Shown here: positions 7,767-16,335 of the stretch, piece by piece | Position numbering within the stretch: position 1 is the stretch's first letter | Layout of the letters: each line of letters starts with the position of its first letter | Virus record (IMG/VR): IMGVR_UViG_3300006754_000007 | Length of the DNA: 58,046 nucleotides | Source: an uncultured virus (IMG/VR IMGVR_UViG_3300006754_000007) | Taxonomy: Duplodnaviria; Heunggongvirae; Uroviricota; Caudoviricetes | Strand: one strand, 5' to 3' | Program-made: the position numbers and the translations under genes | The notes under the pieces: generated by a model | Told to the model about the DNA's origin: nothing | The model's input: only the letters and a program-made list of their open reading frames with translations | Databases searched by the model: none

Positions 7767-9281
7767 TTAGTAGACGCGAGGCGGTTTCGGCCAGCGGCCT
7801 CTTCCTTCGTGGACTTTCATGTGGAGTTTCTTGGCCTCTTTTTTCAGGGCCTTCATCGCCTCAGCGAGGGCTTCCGGCTCACCATAAACGGTGAACCCCA
7901 TCCAACCCCATTCGTCGTCGTCCGGCAGCGGAACCTTCACGGGGTTCCGGTCAGCAACGTCTACTTCCAACTTCTTGAGGGCGGCCTTCAGATAGGTCTC
8001 CCCAGACTGAATAACGCGGGAATCAATCCCTACAACGGCGACGACCATTTCCTCCTTGCCACGCATGTTGATGGCGACGTACTTGTCTACCTCCAAGGCG
8101 GTCTTGCTCAGCCCCGCGAGAATCGCACGGCGCTTCTCGTCCCCCTTGGGGAGGTCAGCAGCCATACGGATGAGCGTAGAACGGTCTGAAGCCACGTTGT
8201 CGATCACGAAGGCTTTCTTCTTTTCCCCATCCTTCTTCTCAGCCTTGGCCTTAGCCTTCTCAGCCTTCATCAGAGCCTTGTGCCGAACTGGGTCCAAGAA
8301 CTTCAGGTCGCCTGCGCCGGGGTCATCCAGGGTCCAGTCGGAATCCTCCCCCTTCATGATCTTGGCGGTGGCCGCCTGCATGACCGCGACCTCGCCCCAG
8401 AACTTCTTCGTAGCGTCGTTGAGGTCGGGCCGCTTCAAAGCGTCCTTGTAGAGTTTGGCCCTCTCCTCCGTTTTCTTGATGATCTCGTCCCGCATCTTCG
8501 GGGAAGCCTTGGCGACCTGCTGAAAGAGCTTACGGTTCTCCGAGCCAGACGACAAGTTTGACGGGTACTCCTCGAACCTCTTGAGGAGCTTGTCAGCGGA
8601 CTTGTTCGCCTTGGTCTCTTGCGGGGTGCTGCCCTCCAGACGAGCCTTCTCGGCCTCGGCCTTCGACTCCTTTTCGGCCTTGGCCTTGGCCTTGGCGTCA
8701 GCCTTGTCCGCTTTCTCCTTGGCTCGCTCCTCCTTGGACATGCCCTTTTGCCGAGCCTTTTCCTGGGTCTGAAGAGCCGCCTTGAAGTCCTTCAGGACAT
8801 CTTCGGCCTGATATAGCCTTTGAAGGAACTTCTCGGACGACTTGATGTTGTCATTCCAGTTTTCTGGGTTCTTCCTCGCCAAATAACGCATCTCCTCAAG
8901 CCTTTGCCGCGTCGAAGCAGTTTCCCGAGTGAGCGAACTGAGGGCTTTGCCGACAGCCTTGGCGGTGCCGGGGCCGATGCCGTTTTTCTTGATGTCAGCG
9001 AGAGCATCCTGAACAGCCTTGGTTGGACCCCTGCCGTCGATTCCGTTCAGCAAACTGGCGGGGCTGTCGTCCTTCTTTCCATCGCCCTTATCTCCACCCT
9101 TACTCACCGTGTGCTTGGACTTGTCAGCACCAGGGTGGTCTTTGAGATACTTCTTCAGGGCTTCGGGAGAGGCGTGCTCCATAGCCATCTTCAACCCAGT
9201 AAGGATGGCTCTACGCTTCTCGTCCCCTTTAGGAAGGTCGGCGGCCATACGAATAAGGCGGGTCTTGTCTGAAACTGTCAT
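7767..9281 (-). CDS. Lysine-rich modular protein, putative virion internal protein (possibly extends to 9485 through a TGA)
   Basis: AGGAGA RBS before MTVSDK; two copies of LIRMAADLPKGDEKRRAIL. Confidence 0.8.
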   Translation of the reverse strand: MTVSDKTRLIRMAADLPKGDEKRRAILTGLKMAMEHASPEALKKYLKDHPGADKSKHTVSKGGDKGDGKKDDSPASLLNGIDGRGPTKAVQDALADIKKNGIGPGTAKAVGKALSSLTRETASTRQRLEEMRYLARKNPENWNDNIKSSEKFLQRLYQAEDVLKDFKAALQTQEKARQKGMSKEERAKEKADKADAKAKAKAEKESKAEAEKARLEGSTPQETKANKSADKLLKRFEEYPSNLSSGSENRKLFQQVAKASPKMRDEIIKKTEERAKLYKDALKRPDLNDATKKFWGEVAVMQAATAKIMKGEDSDWTLDDPGAGDLKFLDPVRHKALMKAEKAKAKAEKKDGEKKKAFVIDNVASDRSTLIRMAADLPKGDEKRRAILAGLSKTALEVDKYVAINMRGKEEMVVAVVGIDSRVIQSGETYLKAALKKLEVDVADRNPVKVPLPDDDEWGWMGFTVYGEPEALAEAMKALKKEAKKLHMKVHEGRGRWPKPPRVY

Positions 9282-9520
9282 GGGGTTCTCCTGGCGTGCC
9301 CGATGAGGGATTGTTGCGTTGAGGGCATCTACCATTCCTGAGGTGTCCATGGCTTCGATGTCATCCTCTTCGAGGATGGGGTCCCACTCATCAATATCTG
9401 GGGGATGGGGGTGTTGGTGAGGAAGCGACCGCTTCTCATCCTCACCTCACGAATGTCGATAGGTCATGGCTTTGCGGTCTGACATGGAGATTCCCACAAG
9501 GTTGCTGTGCTTCTGCACAG

Positions 9521-9535
9521 ATAGGGAGCCTACCG
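9521..9535 (-). promoter_or_regulatory. Putative late promoter CGGTAGGCTCCCTAT
   Basis: Consensus match just past the portal stop codon. Confidence 0.6.
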
Positions 9536-9537
9536 AC

Positions 9538-11244
9538 TCAGAATCTGCCGCCGTCGTCTTCCTCTGGCTTCTTGAAGTCGAGGCCGATGTTCTTGGCGAT
9601 GAGTTCCGCAGCATCAGAGTTCTCAGCCAGAGCACGGCCTACATCCCCGTAGATTCCGCGCATGGCCTCGTTGAAGGTCGGGTCGTTGACCGTGAAGAGG
9701 TCCCGCTGAATCTTCCGGCGTACATCCACCGGGTCCAAGTTGAGCAGTTCGAGGATGGTGTCCACGTCGAGGCTGCCCTTGGTGTAGAGGTTGTAAAGGG
9801 CATCGAAGGTGTCCCTGTTGTCCCGCAGGGCAAGCCGCGTGAACGACAGGCCAGGGATGATCACCTGCTCTTCCCCAAACTCATCCTCTTCCACGAAGCC
9901 CATGCGAGCGCACATTGGCTTGAAGAAGTGTTCTTGTACGAGGTCTTGGAGTTGCTCTCGAAGCAACATGTAGCGGGTGTTGATGACTTCCAGGTTGATC
10001 CGGTCACCGCTGTACTGGGACTCTCCTGAAAGCAGACCTTCGGTGACTCCCAGCCCCGCGTAAAGCTGGCGGTCGGTGAGGTCGTACTCGCTGCTGAGGT
10101 CCAGGAGCCGTTGGTCTGCCCCCATCTCATTCCACTCAACCGGGAAGTTAGCGATGATGGAGTAGTCCGGGTCTTGGAGCGCCATGTCCACCTGCTCACG
10201 CAAGGCTTCCACGTCCGAGATGTCCAAGTCCTCGCCACTAACGATGCGAATGGGCGTCATGTGCCGCGAGGCAATACTGGTTTGGGCCTGACGGAGCTTG
10301 TCTCTGTAAACCAGAGACCGCATACACCGCTCAAGGATGGAGCGCCCCCGCAGGTCATAGTCAGACTTCCGGTTCGCCATGTAGTAGATGAAGCTCCCGG
10401 CATCAGGGTCTGTGTTGAGGGGGATGTTGTCCCCTCCCGCTACAGCCAGAACGACATCAGGGGGCATCGACTTCACGATGCGAATCGCATCCTCGTCCCC
10501 TTGCCGGGACTTTTCGATGATGTCCTTGGTCTTCGAGTCTGGAATCAACTCGAAGATTCGCTCATCCGTGAAGTTGAAAGCCTCCATCTTGACTTGTTCA
10601 GGGGGCAACACCCGAAGAGAGGTCCAGCCTTTGTAGTTCTTCTGGAGCCATTCCACGGCGCGTTCAGAGGCGTTTTCACGCTCTTGCTCTTCTTCGACAA
10701 CCTCCCCATCCTCGGTGAGTTCCCGGTGCATCTCCTTACGCACTTCGTCGGGCATGTCAGGATTATCGTCCTCAACCCAGATGAAGACTTCACCGATGAG
10801 GTTTCTCTCATGGACAATGCCGATCAACCGTTGGAGCAGCCCGATCTTCTTGGCCCAGCGTTCACAGAACCGCGTGGCAGCTACAGCGAGGTCCCGATTC
10901 TTGGCCTGCGGGGTGGAAATCCGAATCTTCGAGAGCGGAAGTTCCGTATGGAGATCGATGGCCTGCCCAACGAAAGGCTCGTTTCGGTAGAAGAAACGGT
11001 AGTAGTTCCATTGTTCGTGGAGACTTTGGGGAAGCTCCAGGAAGTCGGTGCTGAGTTCAGGGGAGTAGAAGTTGCCGCCCACCCCCTCCATGGTGTCTGC
11101 ATGGCCCAGGCCCGTGGTCATGGAAGCAGTACGCATACGCATGGAGCCAGTGACTTTGCGAGGCTTGCCGGACTTGGCCTTTTTCTTCCCGTCGCCGTTT
11201 TTGACCTTCCCAACAGTAGGAGGCTGATCACCTTTCGTGGTCAT
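9538..11244 (-). CDS. Portal protein
   Basis: 568 aa near the terminase; segments FYRNEPFVGQAIDL, GEVFIW, RGRSILERC and IYA/LYAGLGV-type helices resemble portal proteins. Confidence 0.75.
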   Translation of the reverse strand: MTTKGDQPPTVGKVKNGDGKKKAKSGKPRKVTGSMRMRTASMTTGLGHADTMEGVGGNFYSPELSTDFLELPQSLHEQWNYYRFFYRNEPFVGQAIDLHTELPLSKIRISTPQAKNRDLAVAATRFCERWAKKIGLLQRLIGIVHERNLIGEVFIWVEDDNPDMPDEVRKEMHRELTEDGEVVEEEQERENASERAVEWLQKNYKGWTSLRVLPPEQVKMEAFNFTDERIFELIPDSKTKDIIEKSRQGDEDAIRIVKSMPPDVVLAVAGGDNIPLNTDPDAGSFIYYMANRKSDYDLRGRSILERCMRSLVYRDKLRQAQTSIASRHMTPIRIVSGEDLDISDVEALREQVDMALQDPDYSIIANFPVEWNEMGADQRLLDLSSEYDLTDRQLYAGLGVTEGLLSGESQYSGDRINLEVINTRYMLLREQLQDLVQEHFFKPMCARMGFVEEDEFGEEQVIIPGLSFTRLALRDNRDTFDALYNLYTKGSLDVDTILELLNLDPVDVRRKIQRDLFTVNDPTFNEAMRGIYGDVGRALAENSDAAELIAKNIGLDFKKPEEDDGGRF

Positions 11245-11564
11245 CCGTCACTCCTTTGGGCTTCCCGCTCAGCCTGTCTTTCAGCTTTTCGTTCAGCACG
11301 CCATCGCTCAGCCCGAGTTTCTTCGGGAATCAGGTCAGGATCTTCACCGGAGCCATAACGGCTCTCGACGGTCCCCACCTCTGCCAACATTCCCAGTGCT
11401 CGATGCAACTCGTCTTCAACTCGACGTTTACGAGGGCGTCCGGCAGTCCGGTTTTGGCGAAGCTGTTCCAAGGCCAGTCCCACATGACGTGAAGCCTCGT
11501 CCAGATGCCGGGTGATCTGGCGATCTGTTTCAGAGGTGGCTGTTCTGGCCCGGTATCTGCTCAA
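11241..11564 (-). CDS. Hypothetical basic protein
   Basis: TTG start with GAGG RBS; ATGA overlap with the portal gene. Confidence 0.7.
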   Translation of the reverse strand: MSRYRARTATSETDRQITRHLDEASRHVGLALEQLRQNRTAGRPRKRRVEDELHRALGMLAEVGTVESRYGSGEDPDLIPEETRAERWRAERKAERQAEREAQRSDG

Positions 11565-11571
11565 AATAACC

Positions 11572-12138
11572 TCAGAACTTCATGTCCATGCACAACCTGT
11601 TGGCGTTGAGTGCCGCTGGCACCGCCGACACGATACCGACTACTATGGGGGAAGCGATCCCCACCAAGGCCAGTTGACCGTCTGCGTCATTGCACAGCAG
11701 CCCGTTCTCACTGACCTTCAGGTCATCGTTGAGGTTGTAAGCGATTGCGCCTCCTGTTCGTGTACCCCCAGCCAGGGCTACTGTCTCATACACTCGGAAG
11801 AAGGCTCGTGTACCCCCGTTTATCATCGTCATCACGTTCTGGCCCCCGATTCCGTGGCGGGGCTGCTGTGCAATCCAGTTCTCTGGGGAGCCGGGGCCTG
11901 TCCCGTAGGGAGGCGCGAGGTCATAGTTCTCGGACTGGAAAAGGATGAACCCTGCCGCTGCTGTGCCGTCGCTGGCCTCCACGATGAAATCGTCGTTGCC
12001 TGCGACGTACATGACGAACCGGCCTCCGCGCCAGCCTGCTGCTCGTAGGAGGGGTCCAACAGTGACGGGAAACCTGTCACCGGGGAACATCAGTTCCACA
12101 TCAAGGACGTCGTCAATGTTAGAGTTCTGGATAGCCAC
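11572..12138 (-). CDS. Putative structural (head decoration-like) protein
   Basis: Gly/Ala/Val-rich 188 aa, AGGAG RBS, late motif upstream. Confidence 0.65.
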   Translation of the reverse strand: MAIQNSNIDDVLDVELMFPGDRFPVTVGPLLRAAGWRGGRFVMYVAGNDDFIVEASDGTAAAGFILFQSENYDLAPPYGTGPGSPENWIAQQPRHGIGGQNVMTMINGGTRAFFRVYETVALAGGTRTGGAIAYNLNDDLKVSENGLLCNDADGQLALVGIASPIVVGIVSAVPAALNANRLCMDMKF

Positions 12139-12152
12139 TGTCTGCTCCTACG

Positions 12153-12181
12153 GGAGTCCATTCATAGGGACGCTACCGTAC
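12153..12181 (+). promoter_or_regulatory. Putative early-type promoter GGAGT-N18-CCGTAC
   Basis: Variant with the correct spacing, overlapping a divergent late motif. Confidence 0.4.
12164..12178 (-). promoter_or_regulatory. Putative late promoter CGGTAGCGTCCCTAT
   Basis: Consensus match. Confidence 0.6.
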
Positions 12182-12187
12182 AAGAGT

Positions 12188-12427
12188 TTCTGACCACTCC
12201 GTGGAGAAGGAGACCTCGATGCCCGCTCAATGAATGAGGTTGTTATTTGTTGATGCTCGTGGTCACGCTCGGCCAAGCGTTCACGGGCAGAGCTTGGAAG
12301 GCGGTCGGACACCTGGGTCTCCGATGCAGCAAACGGGGTGTTCCAGGACATCCAGGATTACGGGGAGCCTCCCCTCAATAATATGCTGAAGCCCCGGCTC
12401 TCCTCAGGAGGGTCGGGGTTTCTTTTT
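12188..12427 (+). ncRNA. Candidate ~240-nt structured small RNA
   Basis: Lies between a plus-strand promoter motif and a plus-strand terminator, has several helices and no convincing ORF. Confidence 0.35.
12391..12427 (+). terminator. Intrinsic terminator
   Basis: Stem GCCCCGGCTCTCC/GGAGGGTCGGGGT, whose G-U pairs form only on the plus strand, followed by TTCTTTTT. Confidence 0.65.
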
Positions 12428-12860
12428 ACGCGAGCACTCTTTGGAGCAGCGTGTCAGCCAGGACGTTGAGGGGATGCTCGAAGTCGAAGGCAAGGCTCTC
12501 ATCTTCGACAAAGAGCCGGACGCGGAGTTCCAAGCCATTGGTCAGGGCCAGAGCCATTCCAAGACCCTTCTCACACCATTCGCCATCGGGAAGGCTGAGG
12601 CCGCAGAACATCTCTACATCGTTGCAGATGAGGCGGTCGTGGATGCGCTCGACATCAGCGGTGAACTGGTCCCTGCTGATGGTGAACTCTTCCGCGAAGA
12701 ACTCGATGTCATCCCGCTCGCAGTCGATGTGCTCGATGACGTTCCCTGTGGAACGCACCAACTCGGTGATGAGGGTGAGCTTTGCGGAGGTGCCCTCAAG
12801 AAGGCGCTCAAGACGCTGGGCAGCTTCAAACTTCTGGGTCCTGTCGATGGTTTCAAGCAT
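12426..12860 (-). CDS. Hypothetical early protein
   Basis: Start MLETID with AAGGA RBS, just downstream of an exact early promoter motif. Confidence 0.75.
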   Translation of the reverse strand: MLETIDRTQKFEAAQRLERLLEGTSAKLTLITELVRSTGNVIEHIDCERDDIEFFAEEFTISRDQFTADVERIHDRLICNDVEMFCGLSLPDGEWCEKGLGMALALTNGLELRVRLFVEDESLAFDFEHPLNVLADTLLQRVLA

Positions 12861-12881
12861 GTCCTTTCCTTGGTTGTATTC

Positions 12882-12911
12882 TCTACGGGCGAAACCCGGA
12901 GCGGGAACCCC
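12882..12911 (-). promoter_or_regulatory. Putative early promoter GGGGTT-N18-CGTAGA
   Basis: Exact motif match. Confidence 0.65.
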
Positions 12912-13117
12912 ACCGCTACAACAACGGCCTTTGCTTTCCGGCCCTCGTGAGACGAGTGAACCACCCAAAACCGGACAGTTCCTGGTGAGATTTCTGACAC
13001 CTCTCGAAAACCCAGGTTGAACCTGATGATTCAAGAGGAAGGGGTCCTGACAGTTTTACCGGTTGTCCGGTTCTTGGATTCAGGTGTCACAACAGAATCC
13101 TCAACTCCTAAGGAGGA

Positions 13118-13147
13118 GGCGCTGATTCAGGAGCCTGAATCAGCGCC
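13118..13147. repeat. Perfect 14-bp inverted repeat at the terminase stop codon
   Basis: GGCGCTGATTCAGG-AG-CCTGAATCAGCGCC. Confidence 0.8.
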
Positions 13148-15047
13148 GGTTCTTCTTTGGGATGGCCCTGGAAGAAGAAACTCCACGCCGCCAAGCCATC
13201 TTCGGGGTCCGTCCAAAACGAGAGTTGTTCCCTGCATACTGAGGAACACCTCTCCGATGACCGAGTATCGCGTGCTGCTTGTTCGCGTTCTGGGTGGCAC
13301 ACCACACCATCCGCACCAGGGCATCCGAGAAGTCATCGTGCTTCCCGTCTATTTGGGGAGCCTCCACCCGGATGATGTACTTACTGACTACCTCTGCTTG
13401 AAGCTCCAACAACTCACTGATGTAAGAGCAATGGTCCTCGTTATCCGCGATGGGCCAGTCATAAAGCACCAGCCGTTGATCCAGCATGTGGTCCTTGAAG
13501 TTCTGGAACATCTGACTCGATAGTATCCGGGTGTGGTGGACCGACTTGAGTTGGCTCAAGCCACGCTTCTTGAGGGCCTGCTCCAGAGGGATTCCTGCCC
13601 ATTGGTCGAAGATGCCTGCCGAGATGTAGAACCTCTTGGCGAGCCTCTCGATCCAATCTGCAACGTCATCGAACTCCAGCCGCTCTTGTCCGACGTAGTC
13701 ACCCTCTCCTGCACTGATGCGTTCGATGTAGTCCAAGACCACGTTGCCGTCGGCGTCGTTGTGTCCGATAGCCAAGGCTGAGTAGTCGCCCACAAGGGCA
13801 ATATCAACGCCCATGAAGTGTGGGGAACGGGGTGGCGCTTGTGTCTTGGGGCGCGTTCCAGGCTTGATGCAGGCGATAAGGTCCTTGCTCTCCTCGATCC
13901 AGCCACGGGTCCGGTCGGAAAACTCGCCGCCGTACTCCGTGAAGAACACGCGAGGGTCTTTGACGTAGTGCTTCTCAAACTCCGTGGCCGGGACGGTGGG
14001 GTTCACCTCCCAAGTAGGGGCCTCGATGCAGAGCATGTTTTGGGCGGCCTTGCCTCCGCGCATCCCGATTTGGAAGAGCTTGTAGAACTGCCCTTGCCTC
14101 CCCAAAGGAGAGGAGATGAGGATGATGCGGCCCTCTACGGGGCCGATGGGCTTCCTCGCGTCCAGGGGATCTTTGTGTGAGAAGGCTGAGGTCGAGGGGG
14201 TGACGGCGTTGTACACCTCCTCGGCACCTGACTGGCCTTTGTCCGTGAAGTGCGCGACCTCATCCAGAATCACCACGATGTTACCGGCACCGCGAAGTCC
14301 TTTTGCCACGCAGGACCGGAAGGTCACCTTGATGGAAAACCTGGACCTGGGGTTATCCGTGTAGTGTCCAAACTTCTCGATGTCTTGGGGAGTCTGGAAG
14401 GTCGCAAAGCTCTGGGTGGCGTTCGCCAGATAGGTGGCGAAGAAGTCACAGTTCACAAAGTGCCCGTGGCATTCCCGGTAAAGCAGCCCTGCTTGGTCCT
14501 TGTCGGTAGCTACGCTGATGATTTGGATGACGTTGGAATCAGGCAGCCCGTAGAACTCTTGGGGATGGCCCTTGCTGATGAGCTTGTAGGTCTCGTAGGC
14601 AGCGATGCAGGCTGAGATGGTGGTCTTACCGGAACGCCGTCCGATGCTCAGAATCATCTCCCTGCGCTCGTGCCCTGGCACGAGTGCCTCGACGTTGGAG
14701 CGTTTGTTGTCGTAGAGGTATTTCAGGTAGCCCGCTTCAGTGAACACCTGGACGTTCTCACGACGCCAATCACTGATCGGGACTCGGTGGGCGTAGTAGC
14801 CGTCGGTGTCTACGAGAAGGGCGTCGTAGGCAGGGTGGTCCTCTGGGACAGGCGTGTCCAAGGGGAAGTTGAACGCATTGTCATCCAGAGCAAGGCCGTA
14901 GTGGACCTTTAGGATGACCTTCTGTACCGGAAAGAGCTTCATCCCAAGGCCCCACGGGGCCTCGATGAACGTGATGATGTCTACCGTCTCCGTCGCATCG
15001 TCTACGTCCCGCCTGCCGATGTTGATGGCGAGGTCCGCAAGGTTCAC
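13140..15047 (-). CDS. terL: Terminase large subunit
   Basis: Walker A GRRSGKT, Walker B VVILDE, ISSP coupling motif, nuclease motifs MGVDIA and HDDFSDA. Confidence 0.92.
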   Translation of the reverse strand: MNLADLAINIGRRDVDDATETVDIITFIEAPWGLGMKLFPVQKVILKVHYGLALDDNAFNFPLDTPVPEDHPAYDALLVDTDGYYAHRVPISDWRRENVQVFTEAGYLKYLYDNKRSNVEALVPGHERREMILSIGRRSGKTTISACIAAYETYKLISKGHPQEFYGLPDSNVIQIISVATDKDQAGLLYRECHGHFVNCDFFATYLANATQSFATFQTPQDIEKFGHYTDNPRSRFSIKVTFRSCVAKGLRGAGNIVVILDEVAHFTDKGQSGAEEVYNAVTPSTSAFSHKDPLDARKPIGPVEGRIILISSPLGRQGQFYKLFQIGMRGGKAAQNMLCIEAPTWEVNPTVPATEFEKHYVKDPRVFFTEYGGEFSDRTRGWIEESKDLIACIKPGTRPKTQAPPRSPHFMGVDIALVGDYSALAIGHNDADGNVVLDYIERISAGEGDYVGQERLEFDDVADWIERLAKRFYISAGIFDQWAGIPLEQALKKRGLSQLKSVHHTRILSSQMFQNFKDHMLDQRLVLYDWPIADNEDHCSYISELLELQAEVVSKYIIRVEAPQIDGKHDDFSDALVRMVWCATQNANKQHAILGHRRGVPQYAGNNSRFGRTPKMAWRRGVSSSRAIPKKNRR

Positions 15048-15727
15048 ACTTTCTCCCGCATCCGGGCCTTGGCTTCTTCCTTCCAGGTGTCAGCGAGGCG
15101 CTTGCTGATCTTGGCGAAGACCGTTTCAACGTGCTCTTGCCTCAAGCCTGCGTCATCCATTGCTCCTCGGAGGGTTTCCAGGATGAAGGCAAAGAGGGCC
15201 TCGAAGGCTGGGGAGTCCAGATCGATGGTTCCCCCAAGGTTCTTGTCCCTTCTCTTGAGCCAAGTGTCTGCGGTCATCTTCAGAACTCGTGCTCTCTTGA
15301 CTGCCAAGGAGGACGTGTCCTGTCCGTGACGTTCTGCTTCAGCCTTCTCGAAGGCAATCGAAGCTGCTTCCTGGGCCAGCGAAGCCAGGAGCGTGTCCAT
15401 GACCTCCTCGTTTTCGGCACCGGAAAGCGTCGTGCTCAGGAGATGGTCTGCTTTGAGGTGGTCCGATCTGGCTTCCATGACCTCCTCGACATTGTCAGAG
15501 ACCGGGGTCAAGCGAGTCACCTTGCGTCCAGGCTTGCCTCGCATGACGATTGGCTTGCCTGTGTTGGACAAGAGAACCTCATCATTGTCGAGGTCAATGT
15601 CGTCCGGGCGCTTGTAGATGGTCTTGTTGTCGGACCCTCTCACCTGCACACGTCGTGTGCTTGATGGAAGCGCGGCCAGGATTTGCTCTCTATCTTCTCG
15701 GGTTTGGATTGCTGGGGCTGCGGACAT
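15044..15727 (-). CDS. Probable terminase small subunit or packaging-associated protein
   Basis: Helical 227-aa ORF overlapping the terL start; the function is inferred from position only. Confidence 0.5.
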   Translation of the reverse strand: MSAAPAIQTREDREQILAALPSSTRRVQVRGSDNKTIYKRPDDIDLDNDEVLLSNTGKPIVMRGKPGRKVTRLTPVSDNVEEVMEARSDHLKADHLLSTTLSGAENEEVMDTLLASLAQEAASIAFEKAEAERHGQDTSSLAVKRARVLKMTADTWLKRRDKNLGGTIDLDSPAFEALFAFILETLRGAMDDAGLRQEHVETVFAKISKRLADTWKEEAKARMREKV

Positions 15728-15739
15728 AGACCCTCCTTA

Positions 15740-16324
15740 TCAACTTATACTCGGAGGACCGATGAACGGCTCAGCACTCTGCAAAGTTCCTGTGGCTGGA
15801 ATGAGGCCAAACATGGCGGGACTCCCGCCGCCAGCGAGGAACACAATGTCGTTCCCGCCAGGGCCTGCTGGCCCAGTAAACGTGATGACGGACCCCGCTG
15901 GTCCACCCGCTGTGAACCCAGGCAAGTTGTTGATTGCTGTGGAGAGGTTGGTCGCTGTCGTGGCTGTGTCCCCGGAGGCAACTATGAAATCATAGTCGGT
16001 CACGAGCTTGTACTCCCCGATCTGGATCCATGATTCAACGGCTGGTGTGACAGCAGCAACTACGGTGATCTCTCCAGTAGAGGCCACGAAGGTGTCAGCC
16101 GTGTTGAATGTGGCGAGGCCCTGCCGTGTCGTGAGGCCGGGGGTGCTGGGATCGCCGTCGTTCCGATCATCCCCGCGTCCAGCTACTTCAGGAAACATCT
16201 GAATCCGGTAGCTCTCTCGGACTTTCACAGGATTACCTGCAACCCCTCGTGACGGATCACTGCCTCCGGTGAGGCCGGGGGTCAGCATCGTGAACGGTCT
16301 TTGTGCTGTGACGAGCTTTCCCAT
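15740..16324 (-). CDS. Putative structural protein
   Basis: Gly/Thr/Ala-rich, AGGAGA RBS; shares a domain with 45414..46991. Confidence 0.7.
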   Translation of the reverse strand: MGKLVTAQRPFTMLTPGLTGGSDPSRGVAGNPVKVRESYRIQMFPEVAGRGDDRNDGDPSTPGLTTRQGLATFNTADTFVASTGEITVVAAVTPAVESWIQIGEYKLVTDYDFIVASGDTATTATNLSTAINNLPGFTAGGPAGSVITFTGPAGPGGNDIVFLAGGGSPAMFGLIPATGTLQSAEPFIGPPSIS

Positions 16325-16335
16325 GGGGTTCTCCT

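Noticed and set aside
10111..11358. Long antisense ORFs (also 18496..19635, 30647..31591, 32331..33227, 49792..50772 and others)
   Set aside because: They shadow well-supported genes on the other strand, lack motifs, and are expected in GC-rich DNA.
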